Positions 39,501-53,400 of a DNA stretch of 64,000 nt are shown piece after piece; position 1 is the stretch's first letter, and every line of letters begins with the position of its first letter. The notes below the pieces were generated by a model that was given only the letters and a program-made list of their open reading frames with translations, searched no databases and was not told the DNA's origin. Both the position numbers and the translations under genes were made by a program. The stretch lies in the NCBI RefSeq assembly GCF_009914755.1, contig NC_060925.1. One strand, given 5' to 3'. This DNA is from the human T2T-CHM13v2.0 reference genome, Homo sapiens.

Positions 39501-42500
39501 CATCATCGGATGGAAACGAATGGAATCATCATCGAATGGAAATGAAAGGAGTCATCATCTAACGGAATTGCATGGAATCATCATAAAATGGAATCGAATG
39601 GAATCAACATCAAATGGAATCAAATGGAATCATTGAACGGAATTGAATGGAATCGTCATCGAATGAATTGACTGCAATCATCGAATGGTCTCGAATGGAA
39701 TCATCTTCAAATGGAATGGAATGGAATCATCGCATAGAATCGAATGGAATTATCATCGAATGGAATCGAATGGAATCAACATCAAACGGAAAAAAACGGA
39801 ATTATCGAATGGAATCGAAGAGAATCATCGAATGGACCCGAATGGAATCATCTAATGGAATGGAATGGAATAATCCATGGACTCGAATGCAATCATCATC
39901 GAATGGAATCGAATGGAATCATCGAATGGACTCGAATGGAATAATCATTGAACGGAATCGAATGGAATCATCATCGGATGGAAATGAATGGAATCATCAT
40001 CGAATGGAATCGAATAGAATTATGGAATGAAATCCAGCGTGATCATCATCGAATGGACCCGAATGGAATCATCATCCAACGGAAGCTAATGGAATCAACA
40101 TCGAATGAATCGAATGGAAACACCATCGAATTGAAACGAATGGAATTATAATGAAATTGAAATGGATGGACTCATCCTCGAATGGATTCGAATGGAATCA
40201 TCGAATAAAATTGATTGAAATCATCATCCAATGGAATCGAATGGTATCATTGAATGGAATCGAATGGAATCATCATCAGATGGAAATGAATGGAATCGTC
40301 ATAGAATGGAATCGAATGGATTCATTGAATGGAATCAGATGGAATCATCGAATGGACTGGAATGGAATCATTGAATGGACTCGAAAGGGATCATGATTGA
40401 ATGGAATTGAATGGAATCATCGAATGGTCTCGATTGGAATCATTATCAAATGGAATCGAATGGAATCACCGAATAGAATCGAATGGAACAATCATCGAAT
40501 GGACTCAAATGGAATTATCCTCCAATGGAATCGAATGGAATTATCGAATGCAATCGAATGGAATTATCGAATGCAATCGAATAGAATCATCGAATGGACT
40601 CGAATGGAATCATCGAATGGAATGGAATGGAACAGTCAATGAACTCGAATGGAATCATCATTGAATGGAATCGAATGGAATCATCGAGTGGAATCGAATG
40701 GAATTATGATCAAATGGAATCGAATGTAATCATCATCAAATGGAATCAAAAATAACCATCATCAATTGGTATTGAATGGAATTGTCATCAAATGGAATTC
40801 AAAGGAATCATCATCAAATGGAACCGAATGGAATCCTCATTGAATGGAAATGAAAGGGGTCATCATCTAATGGAATCGCATGGAATCATCATCAAATGGA
40901 ATCGAATGGAATCATCATCAAATGGAATCTAATGGAATCATTGAACAGAATTGAATGGAATCGTCATCGAATGAATTGAATGCAATCATCGAATGGTCTC
41001 GAATGGAATCATCTTCTAATGGAAAGGAATGGAAGCATCGCATAGAATCGAATGGAATTATCATCGAATGGAATCGAATGGTATCAACACCAAACGGAAA
41101 AAAACGGAATTATCGAATGGAATCGAAGAGAATCTTCGAACGGACCCGAATGGAATCATCTAATGGAATGGAATGGAATAATCCATGGACTCGAATGCAA
41201 TCATCATCGAATGGAATCGAATGGAATCATCGAATGGACTTGAATGGAATAATCATTGAACGGAATCGATTGGAATCATCATCGGATGGAAACGAATGGA
41301 ATCATCATCGAATGGAAATGAAAGGAGTCATCATCTAATGGAATTGCATGGAATCATCATAAAATGGAATCGAATGGAATCAACATCAAATGGAATCAAA
41401 TGGAATCATTGAACGGAATTGAATGGAATCGTCATCGAATGAATTGACTGCAATCATCCAATGGTCTCGAATGGAATCATCTTCAAGTGGAATGGAATGG
41501 AATCATCGCATAGAATCGAATGGAATTATCATCGAATGGAATCGAATGGAATCAACATCCAACGGAAAAAAACGGAATTATCGAATGGAATCGAAGAGAA
41601 TCATCGAATGGACCCGAATGGAATCATCTAATGGAATGGAATGGAATAATCCATGGACTCGAATGCAATCATCATCGAATGGAATCGAATGGAATCATCG
41701 AATGGACTCGAATGGAATAATCATTGAACGGAATCGAATGGAATCATCATCGGATGGAAATGAATGGAATCATCATCGAATGGAATCGAATAGAATTATG
41801 GAATGAAATCCAGTGTGATCATCATCGAATGGACCCGAATGGAATCATCATCCAACGGAAGCTAATGGAATCAACATCGAATGAATCAAATGGAAACACC
41901 ATCGAATTGAAACGAATGGAATTATCATGAAATTGAAATGGATGGACTCATCATCGAATGGATTCGAATGGAATCATCGAATAAAATTGATTGAAATCAT
42001 CATCGAATGGAATCGAATGGTATCATTGAAAGGAATCGAATGGAATCATCATCAGATGGAAATGAATGGAATCGTCATAGAATGGAATCGAATGGATTCA
42101 TTGAATTGAATCAGATGGAATCATCGAATGGACTGGAATGGAATCATTGAATGGACTCGAAAGGGATCATGATTGAATGGAATTGAATGGAATCATCGAA
42201 TGGTCTCGATTGGAATCATTATCAAATGGAATCGAATGGAATCACCGAATAGAATCGAATGGAACAATCATCGAATGGACTCAAATGGAATTATCCTCAA
42301 ATGGAATCGAATGGAATTATCGAATGCAATCGAATGGAATTATCGATTGCAATCGAATAGAATCATCGAATGGACTCGAATGGAATCATCGAATGGAATG
42401 GAATGGAACAGTCAATGAACTCGAATGGAATCATCATTGAATGGAATCGAATGGAATCATCGAGTGGAATCGAATGGAATTATGATCAAATGGAATCGAA

Positions 42501-45500
42501 TGTAATCATCATCAAATGGAATCAAAAATAACCATCATCAATTGGTATTGAATGGAATTGTCATCAAATGGAATTCAAAGGAATCATCATCAAATGGAAC
42601 CGAATGGAATCCTCATTGAATGGAAATGAAAGGGGTCATCATCTAATGGAATCGCATGGAATCATCATCTAATGGAATCGAATGGAATCATCATCAAATG
42701 GAATCTAATGGAATCATTGAACAGAATGGAATGGAATCATCATCGAATGAATTGAATGCAATCATCGAATGGTCTCGAATGGAATCATCTTCTAATGGAA
42801 AGGAATGGAATCATCGCATAGAATCGAATGGAATTATCATCGAATGGAATCGAATGGTATCAACACCAAACGGAAAAAAACGGAATTATCGAATGGAATC
42901 GAAGAGAATCTTCGAACGGACCCGAATGGAATCATCTAATGGAATGGAATGGAATAATCCATGGACTCGAATGCAATCATCATCGAATGGAATCGAATGG
43001 AATCATCGAATGGACTCGAATGGAATAATCATTGAACGGAATCGAATGGAATCATCATCGGATGGAAACGAATGGAATCATCATCGAATGGAAATGAAAG
43101 GAGTCATCATCTAATGGAATTGCATGGAATCATCATAAAATGGAATCGAATGGAATCAACATCAAATGGAATCAAATGGAATCATTGAACGGAATTGAAT
43201 GGAATCGTCATCGAATGAATTGACTGCAATCATCCAATGGTCTCGAATGGAATCATCTTCAAATGGAATGGAATGGAATCATCGCATAGAATCGAATGGA
43301 ATTATCATCGAATGGAATCGAATGGAATCAACATCAAACGGAAAAAAACGGAATTATCGAATGGAATCGAAGAGAATCATCGAATGGACCCGAATGGAAT
43401 CATCTAATGGAATGGAATGGAATAATCCATGGACTCGAATGCAATCATCATCGAATGGAATCGAATGGAATCATCGAATGGACTCGAATGGAATAATCAT
43501 TGAACGGAATCGAATGGAATCATCATCGGATGGAAATGAATGGAATCATCATCGAATGGAATCGAATAGAATTATGGAATGAAATCCAGTGTGATCATCA
43601 TCGAATGGACCCGAATGGAATCATCATCCAACGGAAGCTAATGGAATCAACATCGAATGAATCAAATGGAAACACCATCGAATTGAAACGAATGGAATTA
43701 TCATGAAATTGAAATGGATGGACTCATCATCGAATGGATTCGAATGGAATCATCGAATAAAATTGATTGAAATCATCATCGAATGGAATCGAATGGTATC
43801 ATTGAATGGAATCGAATGGAATCATCATCAGATGGAAATGAATGGAATCGTCATAGAATGGAATCGAATGGATTCATTGAATGGAATCAGATGGAATCAT
43901 CGAATGGAATGGAATGGAATCATTGAATGGACTCGAAAGGGATCATGATTGAATGGAATTGAATGGAATCATCGAATGGTCTCGATTGGAATCATTATCA
44001 AATGGAATCGAATGGAATCACCGAATAGAATCGAATGGAACAATCATCGAATGGACTCAAATGGAATTATCCTCAAATGGAATCGAATGGAATTATCGAA
44101 TGCAATCGAATGGAATTATCGAATGCAATCGAATAGAATCATCGAATGGACTCGAATGGAATCATCGAATGGAATGGAATGGAACAGTCAATGAACTCGA
44201 ATGGAATCATCATTGAATGGAATCGAATGGAATCATCGAGTGGAATCGAATGGAATTATGATCAAATGGAATCGAATGTAATCATCATCAAATGGAATCA
44301 AAAATAACCATCATCAATTGGTATTGAATGGAATTGTCATCAAATGGAATTCAAAGGAATCATCATCAAATGGAACCGAATGGAATCCTCATTGAATGGA
44401 AATGAAAGGGGTCATCATCTAATGGAATCGCATGGAATCATCATCAAATGGAATCGAATGGAATCATCATCAAATGGAATCTAATGGAATCATTGAACAG
44501 AATTGAATGGAATCGTCATCGAATGAATTGAATGCAATCATCGAATGGTCTCGAATGGAATCATCTTCTAATGGAAAGGAATGGAATCATCGCATAGAAT
44601 CGAATGGAATTATCATCGAATGGAATCGAATGGTATCAACACCAAACGGAAAAAAACGGAATTATCGAATGGAATCGAAGAGAATCTTCGAACGGACCCG
44701 AATGGAATCATCTAATGGAATGGAATGGAATAATCCATGGACTCGAATGCAATCATCATCGAATGGAATCGAATGGAATCATCGAATGGACTCGAATGGA
44801 ATAATCATTGAACGGAATCGAATGGAATCATCATCGGATGGAAACGAATGGAATCAACATCGAATTGAAATGAAAGGAGTCATCATCTAATGGAATTGCA
44901 TGGAATCATCATAAAATGGAATCGAATGGAATCAACATCAAATGGAATCAAATGGAATCATTGAACGGAATTGAATGGAATCGTCATCGAATGAATTGAC
45001 TGCAATCATCGAATGGTCTCGAATGGAATCATCTTCAAATGGAATGGAATGGAATCATCGCATAGAATCGAATGGAATTATCATCGAATGGAATCGAATG
45101 GAATCAACATCAAACGGAAAAAAACGGAATTATCGAATGGAATCGAAGAGAATCATCGAATGGACCCGAATGGAATCATCTAATGGAATGGAATGGAATA
45201 ATCCATGGACTCGAATGCAATCATCATCGAATGGAATCGAATGGAATCATCGAATGGACTCGAATGGAATAATCATTGAACGGAATCGAATGGAATCATC
45301 ATCGGATGGAAATGAATGGAATCATCATCGAATGGAATCGAATAGAATTATGGAATGAAATCCAGCGTGATCATCATCGAATGGACCCGAATGGAATCAT
45401 CATCCAACGGAAGCTAATGGAATCAACATCGAATGAATCGAATGGAAACACCATCGAATTGAAACGAATGGAATTATAATGAAATTGAAATGGATGGACT

Positions 45501-48500
45501 CATCCTCGAATGGATTCGAATGGAATCATCGAATAAAATTGATTGAAATCATCATCCAATGGAATCGAATGGTATCATTGAATGGAATCGAATGGAATCA
45601 TCATCAGATGGAAATGAATGGAATCGTCATAGAATGGAATCGAATGGATTCATTGAATGGAATCAGATGGAATCATCGAATGGACTGGAATGGAATCATT
45701 GAATGGACTCGAAAGGGATCATGATTGAATGGAATTGAATGGAATCATCGAATGGTCTCGATTGGAATCATTATCAAATGGAATCGAATGGAATCACCGA
45801 ATAGAATCGAATGGAACAATCATCGAATGGACTCAAATGGAATTATCCTCCAATGGAATCGAATGGAATTATCGAATGCAATCGAATGGAATTATCGAAT
45901 GCAATCGAATAGAATCATCGAATGGACTCGAATGGAATCATCGAATGGAATGGAATGGAACAGTCAATGAACTCGAATGGAATCATCATTGAATGGAATC
46001 GAATGGAATCATCGAGTGGAATCGAATGGAATTATGATCAAATGGAATCGAATGTAATCATCATCAAATGGAATCAAAAATAACCATCATCAATTGGTAT
46101 TGAATGGAATTGTCATCAAATGGAATTCAAAGGAATCATCATCAAATGGAACCGAATGGAATCCTCATTGAATGGAAATGAAAGGGGTCATCATCTAATG
46201 GAATCGCATGGAATCATCATCAAATGGAATCGAATGGAATCATCATCAAATGGAATCTAATGGAATCATTGAACAGAATTGAATGGAATCGTCATCGAAT
46301 GAATTGAATGCAATCATCGAATGGTCTCGAATGGAATCATCTTCTAATGGAAAGGAATGGAAGCATCGCATAGAATCGAATGGAATTATCATCGAATGGA
46401 ATCGAATGGTATCAACACCAAACGGAAAAAAACGGAATTATCGAATGGAATCGAAGAGAATCTTCGAACGGACCCGAATGGAATCATCTAATGGAATGGA
46501 ATGGAATAATCCATGGACTCGAATGCAATCATCATCGAATGGAATCGAATGGAATCATCGAATGGACTTGAATGGAATAATCATTGAACGGAATCGATTG
46601 GAATCATCATCGGATGGAAACGAATGGAATCATCATCGAATGGAAATGAAAGGAGTCATCATCTAATGGAATTGCATGGAATCATCATAAAATGGAATCG
46701 AATGGAATCAACATCAAATGGAATCAAATGGAATCATTGAACGGAATTGAATGGAATCGTCATCGAATGAATTGACTGCAATCATCCAATGGTCTCGAAT
46801 GGAATCATCTTCAAGTGGAATGGAATGGAATCATCGCATAGAATCGAATGGAATTATCATCGAATGGAATCGAATGGAATCAACATCCAACGGAAAAAAA
46901 CGGAATTATCGAATGGAATCGAAGAGAATCATCGAATGGACCCGAATGGAATCATCTAATGGAATGGAATGGAATAATCCATGGACTCGAATGCAATCAT
47001 CATCGAATGGAATCGAATGGAATCATCGAATGGACTCGAATGGAATAATCATTGAACGGAATCGAATGGAATCATCATCGGATGGAAATGAATGGAATCA
47101 TCATCGAATGGAATCGAATAGAATTATGGAATGAAATCCAGTGTGATCATCATCGAATGGACCCGAATGGAATCATCATCCAACGGAAGCTAATGGAATC
47201 AACATCGAATGAATCAAATGGAAACACCATCGAATTGAAACGAATGGAATTATCATGAAATTGAAATGGATGGACTCATCATCGAATGGATTCGAATGGA
47301 ATCATCGAATAAAATTGATTGAAATCATCATCGAATGGAATCGAATGGTATCATTGAAAGGAATCGAATGGAATCATCATCAGATGGAAATGAATGGAAT
47401 CGTCATAGAATGGAATCGAATGGATTCATTGAATTGAATCAGATGGAATCATCGAATGGACTGGAATGGAATCATTGAATGGACTCGAAAGGGATCATGA
47501 TTGAATGGAATTGAATGGAATCATCGAATGGTCTCGATTGGAATCATTATCAAATGGAATCGAATGGAATCACCGAATAGAATCGAATGGAACAATCATC
47601 GAATGGACTCAAATGGAATTATCCTCAAATGGAATCGAATGGAATTATCGAATGCAATCGAATGGAATTATCGATTGCAATCGAATAGAATCATCGAATG
47701 GACTCGAATGGAATCATCGAATGGAATGGAATGGAACAGTCAATGAACTCGAATGGAATCATCATTGAATGGAATCGAATGGAATCATCGAGTGGAATCG
47801 AATGGAATTATGATCAAATGGAATCGAATGTAATCATCATCAAATGGAATCAAAAATAACCATCATCAATTGGTATTGAATGGAATTGTCATCAAATGGA
47901 ATTCAAAGGAATCATCATCAAATGGAACCGAATGGAATCCTCATTGAATGGAAATGAAAGGGGTCATCATCTAATGGAATCGCATGGAATCATCATCTAA
48001 TGGAATCGAATGGAATCATCATCAAATGGAATCTAATGGAATCATTGAACAGAATGGAATGGAATCATCATCGAATGAATTGAATGCAATCATCGAATGG
48101 TCTCGAATGGAATCATCTTCTAATGGAAAGGAATGGAATCATCGCATAGAATCGAATGGAATTATCATCGAATGGAATCGAATGGTATCAACACCAAACG
48201 GAAAAAAACGGAATTATCGAATGGAATCGAAGAGAATCTTCGAACGGACCCGAATGGAATCATCTAATGGAATGGAATGGAATAATCCATGGACTCGAAT
48301 GCAATCATCATCGAATGGAATCGAATGGAATCATCGAATGGACTCGAATGGAATAATCATTGAACGGAATCGAATGGAATCATCATCGGATGGAAACGAA
48401 TGGAATCATCATCGAATGGAAATGAAAGGAGTCATCATCTAATGGAATTGCATGGAATCATCATAAAATGGAATCGAATGGAATCAACATCAAATGGAAT

Positions 48501-49030
48501 CAAATGGAATCATTGAACGGAATTGAATGGAATCGTCATCGAATGAATTGACTGCAATCATCCAATGGTCTCGAATGGAATCATCTTCAAATGGAATGGA
48601 ATGGAATCATCGCATAGAATCGAATGGAATTATCATCGAATGGAATCGAATGGAATCAACATCAAACGGAAAAAAACGGAATTATCGAATGGAATCGAAG
48701 AGAATCATCGAATGGACCCGAATGGAATCATCTAATGGAATGGAATGGAATAATCCATGGACTCGAATGCAATCATCATCGAATGGAATCGAATGGAATC
48801 ATCGAATGGACTCGAATGGAATAATCATTGAACGGAATCGAATGGAATCATCATCGGATGGAAATGAATGGAATCATCATCGAATGGAATCGAATAGAAT
48901 TATGGAATGAAATCCAGTGTGATCATCATCGAATGGACCCGAATGGAATCATCATCCAACGGAAGCTAATGGAATCAACATCGAATGAATCAAATGGAAA
49001 CACCATCGAATTGAAACGAATGGAATTATC
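36599..49030 (+). repeat. Longest run of length-perfect units: seven consecutive 1,776-bp units
   Basis: Anchors at 36599, 38375, 40151, 41927, 43703, 45479, 47255 and 49031, all 1776 apart. Confidence 0.93.
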
Positions 49031-50495
49031 ATGAAATTGAAATGGATGGACTCATCATCGAATGGATTCGAATGGAATCATCGAATAAAATTGATTGAAA
49101 TCATCATCGAATGGAATCGAATGGTATCATTGAATGGAATCGAATGGAATCATCATCAGATGGAAATGAATGGAATCGTCATAGAATGGAATCGAATGGA
49201 TTCATTGAATGGAATCAGATGGAATCATCGAATGGAATGGAATGGAATCATTGAATGGACTCGAAAGGGATCATGATTGAATGGAATTGAATGGAATCAT
49301 CGAATGGTCTCGATTGGAATCATTATCAAATGGAATCGAATGGAATCACCGAATAGAATCGAATGGAACAATCATCGAATGGACTCAAATGGAATTATCC
49401 TCAAATGGAATCGAATGGAATTATCGAATGCAATCGAATGGAATTATCGAATGCAATCGAATAGAATCATCGAATGGACTCGAATGGAATCATCGAATGG
49501 AATGGAATGGAACAGTCAATGAACTCGAATGGAATCATCATTGAATGGAATCGAATGGAATCATCGAGTGGAATCGAATGGAATTATGATCAAATGGAAT
49601 CGAATGTAATCATCATCAAATGGAATCAAAAATAACCATCATCAATTGGTATTGAATGGAATTGTCATCAAATGGAATTCAAAGGAATCATCATCAAATG
49701 GAACCGAATGGAATCCTCATTGAATGGAAATGAAAGGGGTCATCATCTAATGGAATCGCATGGAATCATCATCAAATGGAATCGAATGGAATCATCATCA
49801 AATGGAATCTAATGGAATCATTGAACAGAATTGAATGGAATCGTCATCGAATGAATTGAATGCAATCATCGAATGGTCTCGAATGGAATCATCTTCTAAT
49901 GGAAAGGAATGGAATCATCGCATAGAATCGAATGGAATTATCATCGAATGGAATCGAATGGTATCAACACCAAACGGAAAAAAACGGAATTATCGAATGG
50001 AATCGAAGAGAATCTTCGAACGGACCCGAATGGAATCATCTAATGGAATGGAATGGAATAATCCATGGACTCGAATGCAATCATCATCGAATGGAATCGA
50101 ATGGAATCATCGAATGGACTCGAATGGAATAATCATTGAACGGAATCGAATGGAATCATCATCGGATGGAAACGAATGGAATCAACATCGAATTGAAATG
50201 AAAGGAGTCATCATCTAATGGAATTGCATGGAATCATCATAAAATGGAATCGAATGGAATCAACATCAAATGGAATCAAATGGAATCATTGAACGGAATT
50301 GAATGGAATCGTCATCGAATGAATTGACTGCAATCATCGAATGGTCTCGAATGGAATCATCTTCAAATGGAATGGAATGGAATCATCGCATAGAATCGAA
50401 TGGAATTATCATCGAATGGAATCGAATGGAATCAACATCAAACGGAAAAAAACGGAATTATCGAATGGAATCGAAGAGAATCATCGAATGGACCC
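39564..50495 (+). repeat. Recent tandem duplication of three units (lag 5,328 bp)
   Basis: Rare variants are repeated at lag 5328, e.g. CCAGCGTG ~40034/45362, GGAAGCATCG 41031/46359, GGACTTGAA 41236/46564 and GAATTGAATCAG 42103/47431. Bounding mismatches are at 39563/44891 and 45168/50496. Confidence 0.9.
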
Positions 50496-53400
50496 AAATG
50501 GAATCATCTAATGGAATGGAATGGAATAATCCATGGACTCGAATGCAATCATCATCGAATGGAATCGAATGGAATCATCGAATGAACTCGAATGGAATCA
50601 TCATTGAATGGAATCGAATGGAATCATCGAGTGGAATCGAATGGAATTATGATCAAATGGAATCGAATGTAATCATCATCAAATGGAATCAAAAATAACC
50701 ATCATCAATTGGTATTGAATGGAATTGTCATCAAATGGAATTCAAAGGAATCATCATCAAATGGAACCGAATGGAATCCTCATTGAATGGAAATGAAAGG
50801 GGTCATCATCTAATGGAATCGCATGGAATCATCATCAAATGGAATCGAATGGAATCATCATCAAATGGAATCTAATGGAATCATTGAACAGAATTGAATG
50901 GAATCGTCATCGAATGAATTGAATGCAATCATCGAATGGTCTCGAATGGAATCATCTTCTAATGGAAAGGAATGGAATCATCGCATAGAATCGAATGGAA
51001 TTATCATCGAATGGAATCGAATGGTATCAACACCAAACGGAAAAAAACGGAATTATCGAATGGAATCGAAGAGAATCTTCGAACGGACCCGAATGGAATC
51101 ATCTAATGGAATGGAATGGAATAATCCATGGACTCGAATGCAATCATCATCGAATGGAATCAAATGGAATCATCGAATGGACTCGAATGGAATAATCATT
51201 GAACGGAATCGAATGGAATCATCATCGGATGGAAACGAATGGAATCATCATCGAATGGAAATGAAAGGAGTCATCATCTAATGGAAATGCATGGAATCAT
51301 CATAAAATGGAATCGAATGGAATCAACATCAAATGGAATCAAATGGAATCATTGAACGGAATTGAATGGAATCGTCATCGAATGAATTGAATGCAATCAT
51401 CGAATGGTCTCGAATGGAATCATCTTCAAATGGAATGGAATGGAATCATCGCATAGAATCGAATGGAATTATCATCGAATGGAATCGAATGGAATCAACA
51501 TCAAACGGAAAAAAACGGAATTATCGAATGGAATCGAAGAGAATCATCGAATGGACCCGAATGGAATCATCTAATGGAATGGAATGGAATAATCCATGGA
51601 CTCGAATGCAATCATCATCGAATGGAATCGAATGGAATCATCGAATGGACTCGAATGGAATAATCATTGAACGGAAACGAATGGAATCATCATCGGATGG
51701 AAATGAATGGAATCATCATCGAATAGAATCGAATAGAATTATGGAATGAAATCCAGTGTGATCATCATCGAATGGACCCGAATGGAATCATCATCCAACG
51801 GAAGCTAATGGAATCAACATCGAATGAATCGAATGGAAACACCATCGAATTGAAACGAATGGAATTATCATGAAATTGAAATGGATGGACTCATCATCGA
51901 ATGGATTCGAATGGAATCATCGAATAAAATTGATTGAAATCATCATCGAATGGAATCGAATGGTATCATTGAATGGAATCGAATGGAATCATCATCAGAT
52001 GGAAATGAATGGAATCGTCATAGAATGGAATCGAATGGATTCATTGAATGGAATCAGATGGAATCATCGAATGGACTGGAATGGAATCATTGAATGGACT
52101 CGAAAGGGATCATGATTGAATGGAATTTAATGGAATCATCGAATGGTCTCGATTGGAATCATTATCAAATGGAATCGAATGGAATCACCGAATAGAATCG
52201 AATGGAACAATCATCGAATGGACTCAAATGGAATTATCCTCAAATGGAATCGAATAGAATTATCGAATGCAATCGAATGGAATTATCGATTGCAATCGAA
52301 TAGAATCATCGAATGGACTCGAATGGAATCATCGAATGGAATGGAATGGAACAGTCAATGAACTCGAATGGAATCATCATTGAATGGAATCGAATGGAAT
52401 CATCGAGTGGAATCGAATGGAATTATGATCAAATGGAATCGAATGTAATCATCATCAAATGGAATCAAAAATAACCATCATCAATTGGTATTGAATGGAA
52501 TTGTCATCAAATGGAATTCAAAGGAATCATCATCAAATGGAACCGAATGGAATCCTCATTGAATGGAAATGAAAGGGGTCATCATCTAATGGAATCGCAT
52601 GGAATCATCATCAAATGGAATCGAATGGAATCATCATCAAATGGAATCTAATGGAATCATTGAACAGAATTGAATGGAATGGTCATCGAATGAATTGAAT
52701 GCAATCATCGAATGGTCTCGAATGGAATCATCTTCTAATGGAAAGGAATGGAATCATCGCATAGAATCGAATGGAATTATCATCGAATGGAATCGAATGG
52801 TATCAACACCAAACGGAAAAAAACGGAATTATCGAATGGAATCGAAGAGAATCTTCGAACGGACCCGAATGGAATCATCTAATGGAATGGAATGGAATAA
52901 TCCATGGACTCGAATGCAATCATCATCGAATGGAATCGAATGGAATCATCGAATGGACTCGAATGGAATAATCATTGAACGGAATCGAATGGAATCATCA
53001 TCGGATGGAAACGAATGGAATCATCATCGAATGGAAATGAAAGGAGTCATCATCTAATGGAATTGCATGGAATCATCATAAAATGGAATCGAATGGAATC
53101 AACATCAAATGGAATCAAATGGAATCATTGAACGGAATTGAATGGAATCGTCATCGAATGAATTGACTGCAATCATCGAATGGTCTCGGAATCATCTTCA
53201 AATGGAATGGAATGGAATCATCGCATAGAATCGAATGGAATTATCATCGAATGGAATCGAATGGAATCAACATCAAACGGAAAAAACCGGAATTATCGAA
53301 TGGAATCGAAGAGAATCATCGAATGGACCCGAATGGAATCATCTAATGGAATGGAATGGAATAATCCATGGACTCGAATGCAATCATCATCGAATGGAAT

